DNA of 45,716 bases from Alphaproteobacteria bacterium UBA2947. GTDB taxonomy: Bacteria; Pseudomonadota; Alphaproteobacteria; Rs-D84. The first letter of the stretch is position 1. Every line of letters begins with the position of its first letter. Made by a program: the position numbers and the translations under genes. Location: contig DEBV01000014.1 in the NCBI GenBank assembly GCA_002348925.1, forward strand, positions 17,505-63,220. Direction: 5' to 3'. Below the pieces are notes generated by a model. The model saw only the letters and a list, made by a program, of their open reading frames with translations, searched no databases and was not told the DNA's origin. Positions 7,039 through 15,513 of the stretch are shown here, piece by piece.

Positions 7039-8613
7039 ATGCGAAACGGATTGAACAAAGATTTAATAGCACGTGTATTGGGCGGTGCACCAAAATATAC
7101 TTTGGAAGAATTAGAAGCAAAGTTTCCACCACGTGAATTGAAAGAGGGTGCTTTTGTGACCCGTTTTGCACCAAGTCCTACTGGTTATATGCATTTGGGC
7201 GGTCTTTATGGTTCGTTAATAGATTGTAAATTGGCACAACAATCAAATGGCGTTTTCATGCTGCGTATCGAAGATACAGACACTAAACGCGAAGTCAAAG
7301 ATGCGGTTGATATTATTATTAAGTCTTTGGAAAAATTTGGGTTGAAATATAACGATATACCAGAATACGGACCTTATTATCAGTCGCAACGTAAAGATAT
7401 TTATCATTCAGTTGCCGCGTATTTATTGGAAAAAGGTATGGCGTATCCTTGCTTTTTAACTGCCGAAGAGATGGAAGAAATTCGCGCTAAACAAAATGCA
7501 GCAGGTTTTGCAACAGGTATTTATGGTGAATGGGCGCGCGACAGGGATATAAATGATGAAGATATTGTAAAACATCTTGATAACGGGGAAGTGCCAACAA
7601 TTCGTTTGTATTCAAATGGCAATCCTGAACAAAGAATTTTCTGTAAAGACGCTGTTCGTGGTTCTATATCTTTCCCAGAAAGCAACGAAGATACGGTGTT
7701 AATTAAATCAAATGACAGATTGCCGACTTATCATTTCGCGCATTTATGTGATGACCATTTTATGCGTACCACACATGTTGTTCGTGGTGAAGAATGGTTG
7801 TCGTCATTTCCTTTGCATGTGCAAATGTTTCGTATGATGGGCTGGACACCGCCACTTTATATACATACTTCCACAATCGACAAAATAGATGAAGAAACAG
7901 GCAAACAAAGAAAATTATCTAAACGTAAAGACCCAGAAGCCAATGTTGCATTTTTCTTGGAATCTGGTTGGCCAACCGAATCGGTAATTGAATATTTGGG
8001 TAATATCGCGGCATCTGGATATGAAGAAGCAAAAACCAAAGGACAGGTTAAAACTTTTTGGGATTATGAAATGCGACCAAAGAAGATCCCAATGTCTGGC
8101 GCGTTGTTTGATATGAAAAAATTGGAATGGTGGGCAAAGGAATACATTGCGACTTTGTCTGTACCAGATTTGGTTAAATCTGTTGTTGATTGGGCAAATG
8201 AATATGGCAGCGAAGATAATAAAAAACAAGTGTCAGATATTGATTATTTGACATCTGTGTTGTCTATTGAACGTGACAACCCAAAACGCATCCGTAAAGA
8301 TTTTATTACTTGGAAACAAACGCTGAACGAAGTTTCTTATTTCTGGGATTTCTTGTTTAAGCCTAATCGCGAATACGAATATAACAAAGATGCATTGCGT
8401 GAATTTGTGGCGAATTATGATGTAAAAGATGATAAAGATGCTTGGTGGCAAAAAATCGTCTGTACGGCAGAAAAACTGGGCTTGAAGCCAGGCGACGTTG
8501 CTATGAATTTGCGTGTTGCAATGACGGGGCGAACCAATACACCTGATTTATATTCTCTGATGCAAGTGCTTGGCGGTGATAAAGTTGCCGAAAGAATAAA
8601 TATGGTTATGTAA
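7039..8613 (+). CDS. gltX: Glutamate--tRNA ligase
   Basis: 524-aa ORF. Class I HIGH motif in RFAPSPTGYMHLGG. KMSKS-type motif KLSKRK. LRIEDTD block. Confidence 0.9.
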   Translation: MRNGLNKDLIARVLGGAPKYTLEELEAKFPPRELKEGAFVTRFAPSPTGYMHLGGLYGSLIDCKLAQQSNGVFMLRIEDTDTKREVKDAVDIIIKSLEKFGLKYNDIPEYGPYYQSQRKDIYHSVAAYLLEKGMAYPCFLTAEEMEEIRAKQNAAGFATGIYGEWARDRDINDEDIVKHLDNGEVPTIRLYSNGNPEQRIFCKDAVRGSISFPESNEDTVLIKSNDRLPTYHFAHLCDDHFMRTTHVVRGEEWLSSFPLHVQMFRMMGWTPPLYIHTSTIDKIDEETGKQRKLSKRKDPEANVAFFLESGWPTESVIEYLGNIAASGYEEAKTKGQVKTFWDYEMRPKKIPMSGALFDMKKLEWWAKEYIATLSVPDLVKSVVDWANEYGSEDNKKQVSDIDYLTSVLSIERDNPKRIRKDFITWKQTLNEVSYFWDFLFKPNREYEYNKDALREFVANYDVKDDKDAWWQKIVCTAEKLGLKPGDVAMNLRVAMTGRTNTPDLYSLMQVLGGDKVAERINMVM

Positions 8614-8626
8614 AAAAGGAAAGGAA

Positions 8627-9403
8627 ATGACTAAAAATAAAAAAGTTGTTAAACAAAAACTGCGTGCAGTAAAAAAAGACAAGCACGCATCAAGTTTGTT
8701 AAAAGTATTACAGGCCACAGGCCTTTTTCGTTGGGAACGTAAATCTACGCGTGCAGAAGAGGCGGTAAATATTTTAACCCATGGTATCGGTATTGGTTTG
8801 GCAATGGCTGCACTGTGTCTGTTGGTTGCGTTTGCGGTCGTTCATCATAATGTTTGGGCAACAGTTGCATGTTCTATATTTGGTGTGACCATGTTTACCT
8901 TGTATTTCGGTTCGACAATGTGTCATGCAACAATTGGTGATAAAAGCGAATGTTTTTTCGAAGTTTGGGATACCATCGCAATTTACGCATTGATTGCTGG
9001 TACTTATACACCGTTTTTATTGGTTAATTTAAACAGGTGTGGACACACTGGTTTGGGGTGGTCTGTGTTTGGAATACTCTGGGCAATTGTTATATTCGGT
9101 GCAATTATGAAGATTGTTAATCCGCATAAACAGCCAAAATGGATGGTTGGTTTATATTTGGTTATGGGTTGGGCGTTGCTCTGGATTTTGCCGGCAATGA
9201 TTCAAACAATATCTGCGCGTGGTATGTGGTTTATACTGGCAGGTGGACTTTCTTATTCCTTTGGTGTTATTTTCTATTTGTGGCGCAAGATGAAATTTGC
9301 GCACGCCCTGTGGCATTTGTTTGTAATCGGGGGCAGTGTGTGTTTCTTTTTTGCAGTGCTTTATGGTTCGATCATAGATTTTGCCGCAAAGTGTATAGCA
9401 TAA
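8627..9403 (+). CDS. trhA: Hemolysin III / PAQR family membrane protein, with a Lys-rich N-terminal extension
   Basis: 258-aa ORF with 7 predicted TM helices. EEAVNILTHGIG, CHAT...D, YLVMGW and HALWHLFVIGGS blocks are typical of the HlyIII/PAQR family. Good SD (aaaggaaagga) before the ATG at 8627. Confidence 0.8.
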   Translation: MTKNKKVVKQKLRAVKKDKHASSLLKVLQATGLFRWERKSTRAEEAVNILTHGIGIGLAMAALCLLVAFAVVHHNVWATVACSIFGVTMFTLYFGSTMCHATIGDKSECFFEVWDTIAIYALIAGTYTPFLLVNLNRCGHTGLGWSVFGILWAIVIFGAIMKIVNPHKQPKWMVGLYLVMGWALLWILPAMIQTISARGMWFILAGGLSYSFGVIFYLWRKMKFAHALWHLFVIGGSVCFFFAVLYGSIIDFAAKCIA

Positions 9404-9430
9404 GAAAACCGCCGTATAGGCGGTTTTTTA
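9404..9430. terminator. Bidirectional Rho-independent terminator between the convergent trhA and der genes
   Basis: gAAAACCGCC-gtata-GGCGGTTTTTTa: a 6-9 bp GC-rich stem flanked by an A-run and a T-run. Confidence 0.6.
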
Positions 9431-10753
9431 ATCAAATGGATTTTCTGATTTTTGATATTCAATAATGATTGGCAAGTGTTCCATATGTAGAGCCGTTGCA
9501 ATACCACGTCTTAAGTATCGTGTATAAGATTCTGGAATATCGCTTGCTCCACCTACATTGATAGTAATCTTAATCGGATGATGTCCTGTTTGACGGGCAA
9601 ATTTAATCTTCATTGGACGTTTTAAACGTGACATAGGTGGTTGACGTTCTGCTACCAATTTTTCAACGATTCGATTTATCAAACTGGTTGGGGCATCTGT
9701 ATTAGAAATATCCCATTGTTCATAAATGCGTTTGAAAAGATTTTGAACGCCTGTGCCTTTTTCTGCAGATATTGCCAATATCAACGGCTTTATTATCTGA
9801 TGAAAAGAATTAGTAAACTGATGTTTTAATTTTAATAATTTTTCATCACGTTCTTCTGGTTCAACCAAATCCCATTTGTTTAATGCAACGCATAAAATTT
9901 TACCAGCGTCATAAACGCGTGCCGCAATGCCAAGTGCCTGATTTTCAATGTTCTTTGTCGCATCGACTATCAAGATAACAATGTCTGATTTTTCAATCGC
10001 GTCCAAAGATTTTAATGCAGACAAAGTTTCTACATCGTCTTTGACGCCCGCTTTGCGACGCAGACCTGCGGTGTCCATAATAACTATATCACGACCATAA
10101 AAACGTGTTGGTATTTTGACTGTGTCGCGCGTGATACCTGGCGCATCCATAACAATTTGTCTTTGTTCGCCAAGCACACGATTTACAAATGTAGATTTAC
10201 CAACATTTGGTTGACCAAGTACTGCGATTTTTATTTCTTTGTCAGATTCTTCATGTTCGACAGTTTCTGCCGTATACAGCGAATCTATAAATTCATAAAT
10301 TTCACCAAAACCGCGTTTGTGTTCAGCGGATATAAGCAATGGTTCGCCAAAGCCAAGTTTGTAAAAATCATGAACATCTGCCAATCTTTTTGTCGATTCG
10401 CTTTTGTTTATCAAAAGCAGGGCAGGCGCTTTGCTTTTTTTGTGAACCAGTTTTGCCCATTCTAAATCCATAGGGGTCAATCCAGTACGACCATCAACAA
10501 CAAATAAAATTGCGTCTGCGTTTTCAATCGTCTTTATTGCCATATCTGTAGAGTTTTGTGCGATGCCAGATTTTGCGTTTTCAAGGCCTGCGGTATCAAA
10601 TACTGTCCATGGGCGATTTGGTATGCGCCCAGAAATAACATCACGTGTGACCCCTGGTCTGTCATGCACCAGTGCATCACGCGAATTTGTTAACCCATTA
10701 AAAAGTGTCGATTTACCAGTGTTTGGACGACCGACGATAACTATGTTCTTCAT
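9428..10753 (-). CDS. der: Ribosome-associated GTPase Der (EngA), with two tandem GTPase domains
   Basis: Track ORF 9428-10789. I prefer the Met at 10753 (MKNIVIVGRPNTGKSTLFN). Second G domain has the P-loop GQPNVGKST. DTAG occurs twice, and NKSE/NKWD G4 motifs are present. C-terminal KH-like domain. Confidence 0.9.
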   Translation of the reverse strand: MKNIVIVGRPNTGKSTLFNGLTNSRDALVHDRPGVTRDVISGRIPNRPWTVFDTAGLENAKSGIAQNSTDMAIKTIENADAILFVVDGRTGLTPMDLEWAKLVHKKSKAPALLLINKSESTKRLADVHDFYKLGFGEPLLISAEHKRGFGEIYEFIDSLYTAETVEHEESDKEIKIAVLGQPNVGKSTFVNRVLGEQRQIVMDAPGITRDTVKIPTRFYGRDIVIMDTAGLRRKAGVKDDVETLSALKSLDAIEKSDIVILIVDATKNIENQALGIAARVYDAGKILCVALNKWDLVEPEERDEKLLKLKHQFTNSFHQIIKPLILAISAEKGTGVQNLFKRIYEQWDISNTDAPTSLINRIVEKLVAERQPPMSRLKRPMKIKFARQTGHHPIKITINVGGASDIPESYTRYLRRGIATALHMEHLPIIIEYQKSENPFD

Positions 10754-10823
10754 GTCTTTTTCCGTTGATTTTTTATAATTATAAAGCAAAAATATAAATA
10801 ATCAAACAAACAGGGGGATAAAA

Positions 10824-11426
10824 ATGAAAGCAAAAAAAAGAAGTTGGTTGTCAAAAATTTCTGACATATTCTTTCGTCCAAAGTACTTTTTTTCACGTAT
10901 TGTCGCAGACGGCAAAATGGAAGATGCTATATTAAAGGCGTTTTTATGGGGTTTTGTTGGCGGAATATTAGTATTTGCAATTAACCTTGTTCGTAATGGT
11001 TTTGATGCTTTCACTGTATTTTCGTTGTTTAAAGCGATTGTTATTTTCCCTGTGGTTGCTGTAATGGTTCTGTTTGTTTGTGCAGGGCTGATGATGTTAG
11101 TTTCTGAAATTACAGGGGGCGAACGTGATTGGGAAATAGCGGTCAAAGGAATTGCTTCTATATTTTTTATTTATCCGCTTGCTTTGATTTTAAATGCGTT
11201 GGCGTTTGATTGTGCTTCTATCTGGTTTGTTAGTTTGTTGATAGATTTGTATATGGCTTTTCTGCTTTACGATATAGCAGTATATTGTCTGCATGGTAAA
11301 AAAGTCAGTGTGTTGTTTGTGGTAGCGGTATGTTTAGTATTGCTTTGTTGTGTTTATATGTCTGATTATCGGAATGTTTGGTTCTTGATAAAAAATCCAG
11401 CAGCAACATTAACCTGTTTGTTATAA
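10824..11426 (+). CDS. Yip1-domain-like multi-pass membrane protein
   Basis: 200-aa ORF with about 5 hydrophobic helices. The N-terminus SDIFFRPKYFFSRI... followed by TM segments is typical of bacterial YIP1-family proteins. SD GGGGGA. Confidence 0.5.
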   Translation: MKAKKRSWLSKISDIFFRPKYFFSRIVADGKMEDAILKAFLWGFVGGILVFAINLVRNGFDAFTVFSLFKAIVIFPVVAVMVLFVCAGLMMLVSEITGGERDWEIAVKGIASIFFIYPLALILNALAFDCASIWFVSLLIDLYMAFLLYDIAVYCLHGKKVSVLFVVAVCLVLLCCVYMSDYRNVWFLIKNPAATLTCLL

Positions 11427-11453
11427 GAAAACCGCCATATAGGCGGTTTTTTT
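11427..11453. terminator. Bidirectional Rho-independent terminator
   Basis: gAAAACCGCC-atata-GGCGGTTTTTTTa. It is identical to the 9404 hairpin except for one loop base. Confidence 0.6.
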
Positions 11454-12489
11454 AAAACCCTGTTTTTTTACCAACGGCAAAGAACGGTGTTGTGCTGGCC
11501 GTGCCACCAGACATAAATACGGATGTATGTTCTGTGTATTTATATCTGAATGATGCAATAATTGTATTTGTATAATCACCAGATAATTCGTTGCCTGTGA
11601 TTTTATCATTGTGTTTCCAAAGATTTGTATCTGAAAACAGATAGTTCAAAGAAACGCTGCTTTGTAAGAAATCATAACTTACGCCAGTGCCAGCAACAAG
11701 ACCATCTGATGCCTTTCCAATTGGATTTTCGTCATAAATCAAACGGGAAGAAAGCCCAAAAACAAAACTGTTGTATTGCATGTTTAAGCCGAGCGCAGCT
11801 TGACCACGCCAATCTGCATATACTGGTGGTGTGTATGAATTTTCTTCAAAACCATGTGGTGTATCCATATAAGAAAGCGCAACAGAATATGCAGCCTTTA
11901 ACTTTCCAAGGGGTTGTTTGAATTTTGCCGCAGTATCAACTGCGAAATCAAAATCCCCACCAGGACCAGCAAAAGATACGCCGTATTGTCCGTAATCTGT
12001 TGAAATGGTGGCAAGGTTTAAACGTAAGGCATCATGATTTGTTGTTGCGGTTGTATCTGATATCAACACTTTGTTTAAATTCAGTTTTCTGTAAAGAATA
12101 GATTTATCATTTATGCGCATGTAACCAACATCTGGTAAACCTAGTCCCATTTTGCGAGCAATAGAATGTGTTAAACCAAATTCAGCGCGCCCAACATTTT
12201 TGTCTTGGAATAAAACAAAAGCATCGTGGACATATTCGTTGCTGTCAACAGCGTCAGCGTCTATTGAATAAACAGCCCCGATACGACGTGCGTTGTTGAT
12301 TTTGTACGTTGCACTGGTTTTAATATTCCAATCATATATACCTAAAGGTTTGTCGTTTTTTGTTTCCAAGAAACCAGCCATACCATCGGCATTCAAGGCA
12401 AAACGCCAATTGTCAGTTGTGTAATCAACCGCATATGCGTTTGCGCCAAATAAACAACTAATTACAAGAAAAGATATTTTTTTATTCAT
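11452..12489 (-). CDS. Outer-membrane porin-like beta-barrel protein
   Basis: 345-aa ORF. Signal peptide MNKKISFLVISCLFGANAYA. Alternating amphipathic strands rich in G/Y/S/T. C-terminal aromatic residue (KKTGF). The ATG overlaps the rpoH stop codon (TAATG). Confidence 0.55.
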   Translation of the reverse strand: MNKKISFLVISCLFGANAYAVDYTTDNWRFALNADGMAGFLETKNDKPLGIYDWNIKTSATYKINNARRIGAVYSIDADAVDSNEYVHDAFVLFQDKNVGRAEFGLTHSIARKMGLGLPDVGYMRINDKSILYRKLNLNKVLISDTTATTNHDALRLNLATISTDYGQYGVSFAGPGGDFDFAVDTAAKFKQPLGKLKAAYSVALSYMDTPHGFEENSYTPPVYADWRGQAALGLNMQYNSFVFGLSSRLIYDENPIGKASDGLVAGTGVSYDFLQSSVSLNYLFSDTNLWKHNDKITGNELSGDYTNTIIASFRYKYTEHTSVFMSGGTASTTPFFAVGKKTGF

Positions 12490-13421
12490 TATTTTTTTCC
12501 TGTTATTTTCTTTGGTTCTGATTCGTCCAATATCGCTTTGCGTAATTTATCAAAAGCCCTTTCTTCGATTTGACGAACACGCTCACGTGATATGCCATAT
12601 TTTTGCGACAGAGTTTCCAGCGTCATCGCGGGATCAGAAAGTCGGCGTGCTTTTAATATTTCGCGATCGCGTTCAGGTAATGTTTCAAGGTGTTTTTTCA
12701 ATAATTCATAGCCCTTGCGTTTAAATTCCAGTTGTTCTATACCGTCTTCGATATTTACACGAGTGTCCGCCATATTGGATAAAATATCTTTGGAATCAGA
12801 ATCTGTATTCAGTGGCGAATTTAACGATACATCACGTGCAGACATACGCGTTGCGACGCGCTCTACATCGTTTTCGGGTACAGATAAATATTCTGCGATT
12901 TGTTTCGTTTGGTCTTTGGACAGAGAGCTGTCCATAATTCCCAAAGCCCTTTTTGCGCGGGTCAGGTTAAAGAATACGCGTTTTTGGTTTGCAGAATTGC
13001 CCAGTTTTACAATAGACCAGTTATTAAGGATTGTTTCGTATATTTCTGCCTTGATCCAAAACATTGCGTATGTGGAAAAACGAAAACCTTTTTCTGGATC
13101 AAATTTCTGTAATGCCTGCATAAGCCCCATATTGCCACTGGCAATCAAATCGGATACAGGCAGACCATAATTCTTGAAATCATATGCCACCGACACAACA
13201 AGGCGTAAATGTGAACCAATCAGTTTTTCTGCGGCGATATTATCGTGTTCTTGTGCCCATTTCGTTGCGTATTCATATTCTTGTTCTGCGGACAGAATAG
13301 GGAACTTTTGAATTTCGGTTATATATTTAGACAAACTGACATCATCGCCCGCACCCCCAACAAAAGGAACTGGTGCGCTGGTTCTGGTCGATGGTAAAGT
13401 TGTCTTGATTTCCTTGCTCAT
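12489..13421 (-). CDS. rpoH: RNA polymerase sigma-32 (heat-shock sigma factor RpoH)
   Basis: 310-aa ORF. Region 2 block LRLVVSVAYDFKNYGLPVSDLIASGNMGLMQALQKFDPEKGFRFSTYAMFWI. RpoH-box-like QKRVFFNLTRAKR. Region 4 block TLETLSQKYGISRERVRQIEERA. Confidence 0.85.
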   Translation of the reverse strand: MSKEIKTTLPSTRTSAPVPFVGGAGDDVSLSKYITEIQKFPILSAEQEYEYATKWAQEHDNIAAEKLIGSHLRLVVSVAYDFKNYGLPVSDLIASGNMGLMQALQKFDPEKGFRFSTYAMFWIKAEIYETILNNWSIVKLGNSANQKRVFFNLTRAKRALGIMDSSLSKDQTKQIAEYLSVPENDVERVATRMSARDVSLNSPLNTDSDSKDILSNMADTRVNIEDGIEQLEFKRKGYELLKKHLETLPERDREILKARRLSDPAMTLETLSQKYGISRERVRQIEERAFDKLRKAILDESEPKKITGKK

Positions 13422-13473
13422 AACTTTTATAGTATAGCAATAAAATACAAATTATCAAGACAGGAGATTTTTT

Positions 13474-14127
13474 ATGACAAGTATCTTAGAACGCAAAAAG
13501 AATATCAAAAAGCCAGTTCAGAAAACTCGTGAAGAATATGCACAAGATGCCCTTTATCGTGAAGTTTGGGAAGATGTGAATAATGAAAAAACAGAACAAT
13601 TCTTGAAAAAATATTGGCGTTATATTGTTGCTGCAGCAATGGGAATAATGATTGTTGTATGCGCGATTCAGATTGGCGTTCGTATGTATAATTCTGCACG
13701 TATGGCAAGGGCTGTCGTTTACGAAACAGCGGTTGCAAATGTTGATGCAAATGCGTTGGCGAATCTGGCCAAGGATTCAAGTGGTGCAACATCTGATTTG
13801 GCTTTGTTCCAAGCGTATATGATAGATAAAGATATTGCGAAATTGGAAACTTTGGCTGACAAAGGTCATACTCGTGACTTTAAAGATTTGGCACGTTTGC
13901 ATTTGGCAACAATGAATGGTGATAAAATGGGCGCGGACGAATTTGAAAAATATATGTCTGATATGAATACTAAAAGATCGCCTTTCTTTTATACTTCGCG
14001 TTTGATGGTTGCACAAAAGTATCTGGCAACTGGCGATAAGGAAAAAGCCGATAAGATATTAGATGTTATTATTAACGATAAAAATGCACCAGCGTCGATT
14101 TCTGCAACTGCACAAACATTAAGATAA
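13474..14127 (+). CDS. Membrane-anchored TPR-like protein, YfgM-like
   Basis: 217-aa ORF. Single TM (YIVAAAMGIMIVVCAIQIGV) after a charged N-terminus, then a helical repeat region. It sits immediately upstream of a BamB-like gene, as yfgM does. Confidence 0.45.
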   Translation: MTSILERKKNIKKPVQKTREEYAQDALYREVWEDVNNEKTEQFLKKYWRYIVAAAMGIMIVVCAIQIGVRMYNSARMARAVVYETAVANVDANALANLAKDSSGATSDLALFQAYMIDKDIAKLETLADKGHTRDFKDLARLHLATMNGDKMGADEFEKYMSDMNTKRSPFFYTSRLMVAQKYLATGDKEKADKILDVIINDKNAPASISATAQTLR

Positions 14128-14128
14128 T

Positions 14129-14854
14129 ATGATGAAAAAACTGTCTGTATTTTTGTTGTGTGCTTTGGCGATGGTTGCTTGTTCAAAGCGTGATCCAATT
14201 TTGCCTGGGGAAAGGGCGGATATTTTCGATTCGTACGAAGTAAATGTGAAAAATCGAAATTTGCCAGATTTATCGGCAGAAATAACAAATATTTCTGGTG
14301 ATGAAAACTGTGATTATCGGCAAGATGCACAAAATGTAATCTGGTCGGGCAATAAAAAGATATGGACTGGTTTTGCAACAAATAATGCAGTGAAATCGAA
14401 TCAGTCCCCAATCTGTGATGGCGGTTTTATTTATACAGGTCTTTCCACTGGCGAAATTGTAAAGATAAACACCAAAACAAAAAAGACAGTATGGTCGACA
14501 GATGTTTATCGTGTAAATAATTTGACTGGCGGGGCTTCAGTGGTTGATATTGTTGCGCATGTTGGTGTGAACGGTAAATATGTTTATGCTGGTGGATTGG
14601 GAGATGCGTTTTGCAAATTAAATGCGTATAATGGCGATAAAGTTTGGTGTTTAAATATATCTGTGCCAGTTGATTTTATAATGGTTGATGATTTTGTTTT
14701 TGTTGTTGGAACAGATAATAATTTATACGCAATCAACAAACAAAATGGCGATGTTTATTGGAAAACAGAAATCAAAAAGCAAGTTGCACCAAAATACGAT
14801 GGTAAGAATATAATTGTCGGACGACAAAAAATAAGCTATAAAAATGGTCAATAA
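14129..14854 (+). CDS. bamB: BamB-like PQQ/beta-propeller lipoprotein (short form, 241 aa)
   Basis: Lipobox LAMVAC after MMKKLSVFLLCA. Repeated propeller-blade motifs: GFIYTGLSTGEIVKINTKTKKTVW, YVYAGGLGDAFCKLNAYNGDKVW, FVFVVGTDNNLYAINKQNGDVYW. Much shorter than the ~390-aa E. coli BamB. Confidence 0.5.
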   Translation: MMKKLSVFLLCALAMVACSKRDPILPGERADIFDSYEVNVKNRNLPDLSAEITNISGDENCDYRQDAQNVIWSGNKKIWTGFATNNAVKSNQSPICDGGFIYTGLSTGEIVKINTKTKKTVWSTDVYRVNNLTGGASVVDIVAHVGVNGKYVYAGGLGDAFCKLNAYNGDKVWCLNISVPVDFIMVDDFVFVVGTDNNLYAINKQNGDVYWKTEIKKQVAPKYDGKNIIVGRQKISYKNGQ

Positions 14855-14879
14855 AAAACCGCCTATACGGCGGTTTTTG
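14853..14879. terminator. Bidirectional Rho-independent terminator
   Basis: AAAAACCGCC-tatac-GGCGGTTTTTg. Its reverse complement has the same core as the 9404 hairpin. It lies between the convergent bamB-like and lpoB-like genes. Confidence 0.6.
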
Positions 14880-14894
14880 TGTGGTTTGTTGTTT

Positions 14895-15500
14895 TTACCA
14901 TGTTGGTGCGTCTTTGCCTTCTTTGATGATTGGCTGTTCGTCTTCCCAAATAGATAAACCAGATTTCAAATCTGTTAATGTCAATTGCAGATAGTATTCT
15001 ACACGTGTATCAACAGACGAAAACCATCCCGATTCCAATTTCAGATTTCTTTGCAACATTTTTCCAGAAAGCGACATGTTTGGTGCAATCAGTGTTCCTT
15101 TCTGTGCGATTGTTTTTTGATCGTATTCATCATCTGTGCGTTTTGTACGAACTTTGTCAGATGTCGTGTCTTCGCCAGAGAAGTTGGTCGCAATTTGTGC
15201 CTTGCCAGATTTCAGTAATGTTGTTCTGATTTTCTTGGTCAACATATCCGAATCGATTCTTTGTGTTGTGTCGTTCACAATGTTGCCAATCGCGATAACT
15301 GGTTTAGATTCAGTTTTTAATGCACCGCTGGCAATCATAGATTCGGTCATTTTTTCGGCGGTATTTGTCCAATCACGATATTCCAGTTCCATAACATGCT
15401 GCATACTGGAAACTTCTTGTTCGTCGTTCAAATCAACAACGCGTGTACCACCGCAAGCAGTTAATGCCAAACATAATGCCACTGGGATAAATTTTTTCAT
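14895..15500 (-). CDS. lpoB: LpoB-like (COG3417-type) outer-membrane lipoprotein
   Basis: Lipobox LALTAC. YRDWTNTAEKMTESMIASGALK...PVIAIGNIVNDTTQRIDSDMLTKKIRTTLLKSGKAQI parallels E. coli LpoB HYDWNGAMQPMVSKML...VLLVDSVNNRTNGSLNAAEATETLRNALANNGKFTL. The C-terminal YYLQLTLTDLKSGLSIWE parallels LQMQLMLVQTGEIIWS. Confidence 0.6.
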   Translation of the reverse strand: MKKFIPVALCLALTACGGTRVVDLNDEQEVSSMQHVMELEYRDWTNTAEKMTESMIASGALKTESKPVIAIGNIVNDTTQRIDSDMLTKKIRTTLLKSGKAQIATNFSGEDTTSDKVRTKRTDDEYDQKTIAQKGTLIAPNMSLSGKMLQRNLKLESGWFSSVDTRVEYYLQLTLTDLKSGLSIWEDEQPIIKEGKDAPTW

Positions 15501-15513
15501 CTTGGTTCTCCTT

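Noticed and set aside
9139-9465. 108-aa plus-strand ORF that overlaps the end of trhA and the terminator
   Set aside because: It is an alternative frame of the hemolysin-III gene and runs through the bidirectional terminator. It has no motifs and an unusual Cys/Phe-rich composition.
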